45,551 nt of DNA, taken from positions 1-45,551 of the forward strand of contig CAZRUM010000002.1 in assembly GCA_964603435.1 (NCBI GenBank). The letters are read 5' to 3'. This document shows, piece by piece, positions 8,886 to 16,937 of this stretch. The DNA comes from an uncultured Gammaproteobacteria bacterium. GTDB lineage: Bacteria > Patescibacteriota > Patescibacteriia > Magasanikbacterales > UBA922. Made by a program: the position numbers and the translations under genes. Each line of letters opens with the position of its first letter. The first letter of the stretch is position 1. The notes beneath the pieces were generated by a model. It searched no databases and was not told the origin of the DNA. It saw nothing but the letters and a program-made list of their open reading frames with translations.

Positions 8886-9550
8886 ATATTTACAAGTTTT
8901 ATAAATATAGTTTTGGTGGGAGTCTGGGTAGACTCCCGAAAAAAGATCGAAAGAGAAGGAGCAAAAAAGGGGAGGGACCCCGGCGGGTGAGAGAGGTCAC
9001 TCGCCGGAGCTTCCCCAGAGGTGATCTAGGATGTGGTAACCCTCCGCGGTTGGAACAGTGTGGACCGTGGGGGTGTATTCCTAAAACACCTCAGGCGTCG
9101 ACGAATCATGAACCCTCCGACGTCTGAATATGATTTTACAGTCTTTTTTTATTTTAGTCAAGACTTTTTGTTTGGATATAAAAAACCAGCCGTAGAGGCT
9201 GGTTTAGTTGGGGAGGGACACCAGACAGTAGAACGTGTTCTAACTGTCGGGGGATAAATCAAGGAGGATATTTTGTTCCTCAGATTTTGATTTCTTATCC
9301 CACTGTCTGGTGTTAGAGAAAGCGGTGTTGACTGAAGGAATGTGTGGGGGTATTTGCAATGGTTTTATGGTAGGGTTGATAGCTTTGCCTCCCTTAGAGG
9401 TCTTTTCCGCTTCCCCCTATTTGGTTGAACCGTTGAGATAAGATTGGGTAGAATATCCCAACGACTACTCCGGTATGTACCATAACAGTCTATTTTTTTA
9501 TAGTCAAATTTTTATTTTTTAAATTACTGTGGATAAGTGGGGATTGGGGG

Positions 9551-9579
9551 TTGCGGAGGTATTAAAAGTGGGGTATAAT
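9551..9579 (+). promoter_or_regulatory. Pmra promoter (TTGCGG, 17-nt spacer, TATAAT) overlapped and followed by GTGGGG MraZ-box-like direct repeats (9537, 9568, 9588, 9598)
   Basis: Good -35/-10 geometry about 85 nt upstream of mraZ. Repeats of (G)TGGGG at roughly 10-bp multiples. Confidence 0.55.
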
Positions 9580-9666
9580 GGTTGTACGTGGGGATTTATG
9601 GGGAAAATGCCTGTCTCCCTATAAATTAAAAAAACTAGTGTTAACTCGTGTTAAAATTAGCGATTT

Positions 9667-10098
9667 GTGTTTATCGGAGAATATACACACAACCTAGATG
9701 AAAAAGGGCGACTTGCAGTACCTAAAAAGTTCCGCACCGTTCTTTCCAAAGGCGCAGTTGTAACCAGAGGTTTGGATAACTGTCTATTTTTGTACACCAA
9801 AGATGAATGGAAGAAATTAGCTGATAAACTTTCTGCTCTACCTTTTTCACAGGCCAACAGTCGTGCCTTTGCTCGTCTTATGCTGGCCGGAGCGATGGAT
9901 GTAAAAATTGATAAGCAGGGTAGAGTCATGTTACCAGAATATTTACGTAAGTATGCTACTTTAAAAAAGAATATTGTTGTGGCCGGTCTATACAACCGTC
10001 TAGAACTTTGGGATGACAAGGCTTGGGAACAATACAAAGTAAGAACAGAAAAAGATAGCAATGCTATTGCTGAAGAGATGTCTGATCTAGGAATATAG
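9667..10098 (+). CDS. mraZ: transcriptional regulator MraZ
   Basis: 143 aa; GTG start; tandem MraZ/SpoVT-AbrB-like halves (DEKGRLAVPKKFR…, DKQGRVMLPEYLR…). Confidence 0.9.
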   Translation: MFIGEYTHNLDEKGRLAVPKKFRTVLSKGAVVTRGLDNCLFLYTKDEWKKLADKLSALPFSQANSRAFARLMLAGAMDVKIDKQGRVMLPEYLRKYATLKKNIVVAGLYNRLELWDDKAWEQYKVRTEKDSNAIAEEMSDLGI

Positions 10099-10218
10099 TT
10101 TATAAATTTCTAATTGATCTAATTCACCTAATTTCTAATAAAAATATCAATTGACAAATTTAGAAATTAAATATTTGAAATTTTATTAGGTGAATTAAAA
10201 ATTAGAATAATTAGAAAT

Positions 10219-11139
10219 TTGCAACATATGCGTCATGTACCAGTATTATTAACCGAAATATTAGATGCATTACAACTAAAACCTGGTAGTAATGTAATAG
10301 ATTGTACTTTGGGTGACGCAGGACATAGTGAAGAGATATTAAAACTAACTGCCCCAGATGGAAAATTGTTAGGTATAGATGCCGATGTAGAAGCAATTTT
10401 ACGAGCCAAGCAATATTTGTACGAATTTGAAGATAGAATAGTTTTGGTAAGAAATAATTTTACAGATTTAAAAAAGATTGTAGAAGAAAATAAGTTTGTT
10501 GCAGTAGAGGGAGTACTTATGGATTTTGGTTGGTCTTCTCCTCAGTTTGAAGAGCGAGGTAGAGGATTTAGTTTCAAAAATGAAACTGAGCCTCTAGACA
10601 TGAGATATGACAATAACCAAAGCAATGCTATTACTGCAGAATATTTATTAAATGATTATTCAGTAGATGAATTGAAAAGAATTTTTGTAAAATATGGTGA
10701 AGAAAGATTTGCGAAAGATGTCGCCGTAGGAATAGTTAATTTCAGAAAAAAAAGGGATATAAAAATAGTAGGGGATTTAGTTAATATCATTTTGGAAGTT
10801 TATAGAAAAAAGCTAAAAACAGAAAAGGAAGTTCCATGGGTAGGTGGTTTGCATCCAGCTACCAAAGTGTTCCAAGCTCTACGCATGGTTGTTAATAACG
10901 AACTAAAAGTAATAGAGAATGTTTTGCCCCAAGCTGTAGAGGTACTTTCTACTGGTGGTAGGTTATTAGTTATCACTTTTCATTCTTTGGAAGATTCTAT
11001 AGTTAAACATTATTTCAAAAGCCAATCTGGCAAGACCATAAAAATAATTAATAAAAAACCTATCATAGCAACAGAGGAAGAAGTGAAAAATAATCCTCGT
11101 GCTAGATCAGCGAAATTAAGAATTATAGAAAAAATATGA
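10219..11139 (+). CDS. rsmH: 16S rRNA (cytosine1402-N4)-methyltransferase RsmH
   Basis: 306 aa; HVPVLL…IDCTLGDAGHS…GIDAD SAM-MTase motifs; the gene follows mraZ. Confidence 0.9.
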   Translation: MQHMRHVPVLLTEILDALQLKPGSNVIDCTLGDAGHSEEILKLTAPDGKLLGIDADVEAILRAKQYLYEFEDRIVLVRNNFTDLKKIVEENKFVAVEGVLMDFGWSSPQFEERGRGFSFKNETEPLDMRYDNNQSNAITAEYLLNDYSVDELKRIFVKYGEERFAKDVAVGIVNFRKKRDIKIVGDLVNIILEVYRKKLKTEKEVPWVGGLHPATKVFQALRMVVNNELKVIENVLPQAVEVLSTGGRLLVITFHSLEDSIVKHYFKSQSGKTIKIINKKPIIATEEEVKNNPRARSAKLRIIEKI

Positions 11140-11480
11140 ACACATACACAAATAAAAACAAAACAATGAGACAAAGAAAAATGGCCGTTAGACAATGGCT
11201 ACTTAGTACTAGTTTTAGGGCGGGTTTGCTTGTTGTGATTGCTTTTTTTGGAATAATGTATGTGGCTCAAACTAGCTCCGCCTCTACCAAAGGTTATGAA
11301 ATTAGAGATATTGAGAAGCAGCTTCAGACTCTAGAACAAGAAAATCAAAAACTGGAATTTGAAATTGCCACTCACAGATCTATGCAAAGTATCCAAAGTA
11401 GATTGCAAAATACAAATTTAGTTGTTGCTGATAATATGGAATATGTAACTTTGGTGGGTACTGCAGTGGCACGTCGCTAA
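11136..11480 (+). CDS. FtsL-like cell-division protein (single transmembrane helix plus coiled coil)
   Basis: 114 aa; one TM helix then a coiled coil (EKQLQTLEQENQKLEFEIA); canonical ftsL position after rsmH; 4-nt overlap with rsmH. Confidence 0.5.
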   Translation: MNTYTNKNKTMRQRKMAVRQWLLSTSFRAGLLVVIAFFGIMYVAQTSSASTKGYEIRDIEKQLQTLEQENQKLEFEIATHRSMQSIQSRLQNTNLVVADNMEYVTLVGTAVARR

Positions 11481-11516
11481 CTCACTTAACTACTTTACCA
11501 CCTGACCACTTTACCA

Positions 11517-11537
11517 CTCCCATTTATGGGAGTTTTG
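11517..11537 (+). terminator. intrinsic terminator after the ftsL-like gene
   Basis: ctcccatttatgggag followed by ttttgtttt. Confidence 0.5.
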
Positions 11538-11619
11538 TTTTATTTATGGTATAATAATTTAAGATTTATCTCCGTAGAGAGATGCCCTGTGGGTATGATT
11601 TTAGATTTAGAATTTTAAT

Positions 11620-11973
11620 ATGTGGATTTTAGTTATACAACGCATCACATTGGAATTTTTGTTTGATTTGGTTTATTTTCCAATCTGGTGGTATACCGGC
11701 GGAATAAAACACGCGGGTGGTTTTTGTTTTCATTTGGTACAGCTTGGCAATGCTCGTCTGGCACCTGCTTTGTGGGTAAAAAATATATTTGTACCGATGT
11801 TTGGGCAGACTGATATACAAGGCAGATTGGTGAGTGTTCTTATGCGTTTTTTAAATATTATTTTTAGAACAATTGCGTTGTTGATTTGGATGGTTGTGGT
11901 TGCTTGTGTTTTTACTTTGTGGTTAATCTTGCCTGTAGTAGTTGTTTATATGTTAATGCGTTCACTGTCATAG
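11620..11973 (+). CDS. hypothetical small membrane protein
   Basis: 117 aa, hydrophobic (2-3 predicted TM segments). Ends 2 nt before the ClpC-like gene, so probably co-transcribed. Confidence 0.45.
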   Translation: MWILVIQRITLEFLFDLVYFPIWWYTGGIKHAGGFCFHLVQLGNARLAPALWVKNIFVPMFGQTDIQGRLVSVLMRFLNIIFRTIALLIWMVVVACVFTLWLILPVVVVYMLMRSLS

Positions 11974-11974
11974 T

Positions 11975-14725
11975 ATGGGAGAACAAAAACCACAACTAAA
12001 TATCTTACAATGCCATACCTGTGGAGGTGCAGGTTATGTTAATTATCGCAAATGTTCAGAATGTAATGGTATGAGTATTGGTCAGATGAAAAAAGGTAAG
12101 TTTTTATATTGGGGTGAACCTCTTACTCGCTATCATATTAGTATTAGAAAAGCGAGACGAGTTTTAAATAAAATTAGAATTATTGGTGCCTTAGTTTTTG
12201 GCTTAGGTTTTCTTTGTTTTTTCTTTTGGAATCTTTATAAAAAAGATGCTTGGGTAGAAGTTTTCACAGCAGATTTTTGGTTGGGTGATAATTTTTATGT
12301 TAGTTTATTGTGGTTGAGTTTGATAGCATTTGCTTATCTTTTTTATCGTTTGTTAATTTCAGGTAGAGTTCAAGAAACTGTTGAAATGAGAGGTTATGGT
12401 CAAAAAGAAGTAGTGCCAGAGTTTGCCCAACCTCAAGTGATACAGACTTGGTTAGAAGTAACAAAACTACGTCGTAAAAATAAAAAAGACATTGCTGACG
12501 TTTTTACAAGTGAAGCTAGGCAGGTTCTGGAGCAAGCTTATCTGCAAGCAGAAAAAAATCAAAATGAAGAGGTTACAGTGTGGCATATACTTTATGCTTT
12601 GCTCGCTTCATCAAAAATAGCGACTGTATTTTTGCGTATGCAAATTCCAATCAAGAAACTTCAAGCTCATATTGCCAAAGAATTCAAAACTAGCGACAAA
12701 GATACATTACCAAGACTATCTGACGATTTGCAACAAATTTTATTTCAATCTTACAGTTTGGCTTATGAAAAACGTCAGGAATATGTAAATGTGACAGAGC
12801 TTTTAGTGGCAACTGTGCGTCAATCAGAAAAGATTCAGGAGTTGTTGTATGATTTGAAAATTGATAGAAACAAACTTGATAATGTCGTAGAATGGTTGCG
12901 TATTCGTGAACATCTTAGAGTTCAATATCAAAAATTCAAAAAAGTAGCAGCTCGTCGGAGTAAATATGGTATGGACAGAGCGATGACAGCTGTAGCTACA
13001 CCATATCTAAATAGTGTCAGTCAAGATCTTACGATGGCTGCCAAGTTTGGTCAGCTCTATCCTTGTGTAGCCAGAGAGGAAGAGATGGCTGAGGTTTTTC
13101 GTATTATAGAAGGTGGACAGCAGAGTGTGGTTTTGGTGGGTGAACATGGAGTAGGAAAGATGAGTATTATAGAGGGTATTGCTCAGCGTATGGTAGAAGA
13201 TGATGTACCAGACAGATTGAAAGATAAACGTTTAGTTCAGCTGTCTACCTCAGCTTTGCTCGCTGGTACGACTGTTAGCGGTGCCCAAGAGAGGATTATT
13301 CGCATTATGACTGAAGTGGGTAAAGCTAAAAATATAATTTTGTTTATAAATAATATTCATGATCTATCTGGTGTGACCGAGACTGGAGGAGAAGGAGTAG
13401 ATATCTCCGAGACTTTGGCAGAATATTTGGGACCAGGAAAATTTTTGACTTTTGCGACTTCTATTACTAGTAATTTCAATCAACAGGTGGTAAACACAGA
13501 GCTTGGTGGAGTGCTGTCAAAAGTAGAAATAAAAGAAATGAATGAAAATCAAGCTATTCAAGTCCTTGAATCAAAAGCTGGTAGCATAGAATACAAACAT
13601 GATGTTTTGTTTTCTTACGGAGCTCTCGAAGCTTGTGTAAAATTATCAGGAAAATTTTTGCATGATAATAATTTGCCAGATTCGGCTATAAATATAATGA
13701 CCGAGACGGCTAGTTTTGCACATAACAAAGGTGGTAATAGTTTTGTGACTTCAAATGATGTGGGAGAAATAATTTCTAAAAAAACTGGTATTCCTGCTAC
13801 AAACATAGCAGAGGATGAGGGTGATAAATTGGTTCGTCTGGAAGATACTATGCACGAGCGTATGGTTGGTCAAAATGATGCTGTAAAGCTCGTGGCTGAT
13901 GCTCTTCGTCGGGCTAGAGTAGAGATAAGATCACAAAAACGTCCAATTGCCAATTTTCTTTTCTTGGGGCCGACTGGTGTAGGAAAAACTGAACTTGCCA
14001 AAACAATTGCGGATGTATACTTTGGTGGCGAGAAAAATATGATTAGAATTGACATGAGTGAATATCAAGACAAGAGTGGTATTTATCGTCTGATTGGTCA
14101 ACCAGGCCAGCAAGGCAGTGGTATTCTTACTGAAGCAGTTCGTCAAAAACCATTTTCTTTAGTTCTGTTAGATGAGTTAGAAAAAGCTGATCCAGATGTT
14201 TTGACTTTATTTTTACAGGTGTTCGATGATGGTAGGCTGACAGATAGTACTGGTAGAGTAATTGATTTTACCAATACAATTATAATTGCCACTTCTAATG
14301 CTGGGACTAACTTTGTGCAAGATCAATTGGTGCAAGGTGTTTCTCTAGAAAGTATTCGTCAACAACTTATAAAAGCAGAACTGAAAAATTATTATCGTCC
14401 AGAATTTATTAATCGTTTTGATGGTGTGGTATTATTTAGCCCACTAAATCGTGAAGAGATAAAACAAATTGCTGGATTAATGTTGAAACGTGTCGGAAAA
14501 AATTTAGAAAAGCGTGGTGTCACTTTGCAAGTAGAGGATTTAGCCCTAGATGCATTGGCACAAGTTGGTTTTGATCCAGAGTTTGGGGCCAGGCCAATGA
14601 GAAGGGCAATTCAAGATATGGTAGAAAATAAATTGGCCGATTTAATTTTACAAAACAAACTGCAACGTCGTGATGTTTTGATTTTGGGTAAGGGGTGCGA
14701 GATAAGGATTGAGAAAGCGAAATAA
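11975..14725 (+). CDS. membrane-anchored Clp/Hsp100-family AAA+ ATPase (ClpC/ClpB-like) with N-terminal zinc ribbon, TM helices, two Clp_N repeats, a degenerate D1 and a canonical D2
   Basis: 916 aa. N-terminus CHTCGG…CSECNG, then hydrophobic helices. D1 Walker A reads GEHGVGKMS and D1 Walker B reads FINNIH (DE replaced by NN). D2 has GPTGVGKTELAK, LLDELEKA and ATSNAG intact. Confidence 0.8.
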   Translation: MGEQKPQLNILQCHTCGGAGYVNYRKCSECNGMSIGQMKKGKFLYWGEPLTRYHISIRKARRVLNKIRIIGALVFGLGFLCFFFWNLYKKDAWVEVFTADFWLGDNFYVSLLWLSLIAFAYLFYRLLISGRVQETVEMRGYGQKEVVPEFAQPQVIQTWLEVTKLRRKNKKDIADVFTSEARQVLEQAYLQAEKNQNEEVTVWHILYALLASSKIATVFLRMQIPIKKLQAHIAKEFKTSDKDTLPRLSDDLQQILFQSYSLAYEKRQEYVNVTELLVATVRQSEKIQELLYDLKIDRNKLDNVVEWLRIREHLRVQYQKFKKVAARRSKYGMDRAMTAVATPYLNSVSQDLTMAAKFGQLYPCVAREEEMAEVFRIIEGGQQSVVLVGEHGVGKMSIIEGIAQRMVEDDVPDRLKDKRLVQLSTSALLAGTTVSGAQERIIRIMTEVGKAKNIILFINNIHDLSGVTETGGEGVDISETLAEYLGPGKFLTFATSITSNFNQQVVNTELGGVLSKVEIKEMNENQAIQVLESKAGSIEYKHDVLFSYGALEACVKLSGKFLHDNNLPDSAINIMTETASFAHNKGGNSFVTSNDVGEIISKKTGIPATNIAEDEGDKLVRLEDTMHERMVGQNDAVKLVADALRRARVEIRSQKRPIANFLFLGPTGVGKTELAKTIADVYFGGEKNMIRIDMSEYQDKSGIYRLIGQPGQQGSGILTEAVRQKPFSLVLLDELEKADPDVLTLFLQVFDDGRLTDSTGRVIDFTNTIIIATSNAGTNFVQDQLVQGVSLESIRQQLIKAELKNYYRPEFINRFDGVVLFSPLNREEIKQIAGLMLKRVGKNLEKRGVTLQVEDLALDALAQVGFDPEFGARPMRRAIQDMVENKLADLILQNKLQRRDVLILGKGCEIRIEKAK

Positions 14726-14737
14726 AATAGTTTTATT

Positions 14738-14772
14738 ACCCAGCCCCTCTCCTTGGATAAGGAGAGGCTGGG
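14738..14772. repeat. GC-rich hairpin (cccagcccctctccttGGATaaggagaggctggg), left terminal inverted repeat of the DUF559 cassette, probably also the ClpC-like gene terminator
   Basis: Perfect stem of about 14 bp. A reverse-complement copy with the loop flipped lies at 15166..15200. Confidence 0.6.
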
Positions 14773-14806
14773 TGAGGTTGAGTATCTGTGATTAAAAAGG
14801 TTAGTT

Positions 14807-15211
14807 ATGTCACAAAAATTAATCAATTTAAAAAAATTAAAAACAACAAGACGTAGTCTTCGAAAAAGACAAACAAAACCAGAGGTGTTGATTTGGTCAC
14901 GATTGAAAAATAGACAAACAGGTTATAAATTTAGAAGACAACATAGCATAGGTCCATTTATAGTGGATTTTTATTGTCCCCAATTTAGATTGGTAGTGGA
15001 AATAGATGGTTCAATACATTCTAAAAAAGTTTTAAAAGATAACGAGAGGGAAAAATATTTATTAGATAAAAATTTTTATGTAGTTCGTTTTAGTGCATAT
15101 AAAGTATTGGATGATTTTGAAAGTGTTGTAGAGGAAATTAAAATTGTCTGCGAAAGGTTGTCAACCTCCCCTAACCCCTCCTTATCCAAGGAGGGGGACC
15201 GAATTAGATAA
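14807..15211 (+). CDS. DUF559 endonuclease-domain protein (Vsr/restriction-endonuclease-like fold)
   Basis: 134 aa; matches the DUF559 pattern (…GYKFRRQHSIGPFIVDFYCPQFRLVVEIDGSIH…REKYL…GYVVRF…). The C-terminal tail STSPNPSLSKEGDRIR is encoded by the right-hand hairpin. Confidence 0.7.
   Translation: MSQKLINLKKLKTTRRSLRKRQTKPEVLIWSRLKNRQTGYKFRRQHSIGPFIVDFYCPQFRLVVEIDGSIHSKKVLKDNEREKYLLDKNFYVVRFSAYKVLDDFESVVEEIKIVCERLSTSPNPSLSKEGDRIR
15166..15200. repeat. right terminal inverted repeat hairpin of the DUF559 cassette (cccctccttATCCaaggagggg)
   Basis: About 80% identical to the reverse complement of 14735..14775 over about 38 nt. Confidence 0.55.
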
Positions 15212-15235
15212 GTGATTTCTTGTAATAAAAAAGTA

Positions 15236-15272
15236 GAGACGTGGCATGTCACGTCTCTACTTTTTTATTTTA
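15236..15272. terminator. strong bidirectional intrinsic terminator
   Basis: A6, perfect 12-bp stem agtagagacgtg/cacgtctctact, then T6. Confidence 0.75.
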
Positions 15273-15289
15273 TGTCAAGGGTCAGGGTA

Positions 15290-15318
15290 TTGATAAGGAA
15301 CTTTCAAATTTGTATACT
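15290..15318 (+). promoter_or_regulatory. sigma70-like promoter for the small-peptide pair
   Basis: TTGATA, 17-nt spacer, TATACT. Confidence 0.45.
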
Positions 15319-15362
15319 AGCCCTAGTTCTTTGAAGCGTTCTTTAAAACAGAGGAGGAAGAC

Positions 15363-15506
15363 ATGAAAAAAGTGTGGATTATGAGAGCAATCGTCTTGAT
15401 CATTCTGCACTATGTAGTGGACAATGTCTATGCCGAGATTGTTTTGCTCATGATACTGGCAGTCAATATCTGTCTGATATTCTGGGTCAAACGAAATCTG
15501 GAGTAG
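15363..15506 (+). CDS. small tail-anchored membrane peptide, 47 aa (MKKVWIMRAIVLIILHYVVDNVYAEIVLLMILAVNICLIFWVKRNLE)
   Basis: Strong SD AGGAGG 5 nt upstream of the ATG; C-terminal TM helix; paralogous to the next ORF (shared D-VYAEI[VI]L motif). Below the 60-aa cutoff of the ORF track. Confidence 0.5.
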   Translation: MKKVWIMRAIVLIILHYVVDNVYAEIVLLMILAVNICLIFWVKRNLE

Positions 15507-15558
15507 TGATAATCATCGCTACTTCGCAGACAGTACTCTCACCACGAGGAGAAGAACA

Positions 15559-15699
15559 ATGGTAAAGGACCACACAGTAAAAGTAACCATATTTTTCTTG
15601 GATGAAGATGGGTACGATGTCTATGCCGAGATAATTCTCATTACTATTCCAGCTTTCATTATCCGTCGAAAATTCCGGAGGAAATGGACTGTTGGGTAG
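15559..15699 (+). CDS. small tail-anchored membrane peptide, 46 aa (MVKDHTVKVTIFFLDEDGYDVYAEIILITIPAFIIRRKFRRKWTVG)
   Basis: SD GAGGAG 7 nt upstream of the ATG; C-terminal TM helix followed by a basic tail; paralog of the preceding peptide. Confidence 0.5.
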   Translation: MVKDHTVKVTIFFLDEDGYDVYAEIILITIPAFIIRRKFRRKWTVG

Positions 15700-15776
15700 A
15701 GAGATTTGCAAGAGTTGCAAGTCTAGAAAAATCATCTTGGGGCAGAACATGAAAGTCCACTGTCCCAAAACGTTGC

Positions 15777-15800
15777 AGGCGACCGAAAGGGTCGTTTTTT
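15777..15800 (+). terminator. intrinsic terminator of the small-peptide unit
   Basis: gcgaccgaaagggtcg followed by T7. Confidence 0.55.
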
Positions 15801-15857
15801 TGTTTGTCAAAATTGCGATAAATATGTTATAATAATTTTGCTTAACATAGCTAAAAC

Positions 15858-16883
15858 ATGTATTTTGTATATTTTTTATTAGCATTTTTCCTGTCTTTTT
15901 TCCTAACTATCATAGTGCGTCAGCTAATGCGTTATTTTAAGATTGTGGATATTCCAAAAGTTGAGAAAAGAAAAATTCACAAGAAAAAAATACCTTTGGG
16001 TGGTGGCTTAGCAATTTTTGCTAGTTTTTTTATTTTAGCTTTTGCTTTTCACGGGGAGCTAGGGGATCATGTTACTCTTACACATATTTGGGCATTGTTT
16101 TTTGGTGGGCTAGTTTTGATGATAGGTGGAATTCTAGATGATAAATATAATCTAAAAGCAAAACAACAGATTTGGTTTCCAGTGCTCGCTGCTGTGATTG
16201 TTTTACTTTTTAAAATTGGACCAGAGATAATTACTAATCCTTTCGGTGGTGTAGTAGAGCTAAGTGTATATGCTTGGGGAAATTATCTGACTATTGCTAA
16301 TCTGTTAGTTTTTGTTTGGCTTATGGCGATGATGTTTACTACTAAGCTTTTAGACGGATTAGATGGGTTAGTTACAGGTGTGGTAGCTATTGGTGCGATG
16401 ATGATTTTCTTCTTGAGTCTAGAGCCACAATGGTTTCAGCCAGACGTGGCCATGTTATCAATTTTATTTGCCGGTTCTTGTGTGGGGTTTTTAGTCTGGA
16501 ATTGGCATCCGGCAAAAATATTTCTTGGTGAAGGTGGAAGTTTGTTTACTGGTTTTATGCTCGGAAGTCTGGCTGTTATTTCTGGTAGTAAGATTGCTAC
16601 AGCCTTGCTTGTCATGGGTGTGCCTATGCTTGATATTGTTCGTGTTATATTTTTACGTATCAGAAAAGGTAAACCAATTTTTGTTGGTGATTCAGAACAT
16701 TTACATTTTCGTTTATTAAAAAGTGGAATGACACAAAAGCAAGCTGTGCTATTATTCTATAGTTTGTCATTTTTATTTGGCATTACCACCTTATTTTTAC
16801 AAAGCAGTCAAAAATTGATGGCACTTAGTTTTTTATTTGTTCTCATGATGCTTTTGGGTGTGTGGTTTGGTCGAAAGAAATAA
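15858..16883 (+). CDS. polyprenyl-phosphate sugar-1-phosphate transferase (GT4 MraY/WecA family, probably WecA/TagO-like)
   Basis: 341 aa, about 10 TM segments; KKKIPLGGG, DDKYNL and FLGEGGSLFTGF motifs. The C-terminal VGDSEHLHFRLLKSGMTQKQAVL resembles WecA DRQHIHHLIMRAGFTSRQAFVL. It sits at the mraY position of the dcw cluster. Confidence 0.7.
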   Translation: MYFVYFLLAFFLSFFLTIIVRQLMRYFKIVDIPKVEKRKIHKKKIPLGGGLAIFASFFILAFAFHGELGDHVTLTHIWALFFGGLVLMIGGILDDKYNLKAKQQIWFPVLAAVIVLLFKIGPEIITNPFGGVVELSVYAWGNYLTIANLLVFVWLMAMMFTTKLLDGLDGLVTGVVAIGAMMIFFLSLEPQWFQPDVAMLSILFAGSCVGFLVWNWHPAKIFLGEGGSLFTGFMLGSLAVISGSKIATALLVMGVPMLDIVRVIFLRIRKGKPIFVGDSEHLHFRLLKSGMTQKQAVLLFYSLSFLFGITTLFLQSSQKLMALSFLFVLMMLLGVWFGRKK

Positions 16884-16937
16884 CACGGAGATACGGAATT
16901 TACGGAGTATATGGAAGAATCTTTATAAACAAAACAT

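Noticed and set aside
8869-9480. Assignment of the structured GC-rich region to tmRNA or RNase P RNA
   Set aside because: Looked for the tmRNA T-arm plus ALAA-type tag frame and for the RNase P P4 motifs (AAAGUCCGG / ACAGAACCCGG) on both strands and did not see them; left as unidentified structured RNA.
9657-10061. Minus-strand 134-aa ORF
   Set aside because: It is entirely antisense to the well-supported mraZ gene.
15487-15885. Minus-strand 132-aa ORF, and the plus-strand 63-aa ORF 15374..15565
   Set aside because: They have a low-complexity, odd composition and no SD. The two short SD-preceded peptide ORFs and the mapped terminator explain this region better.
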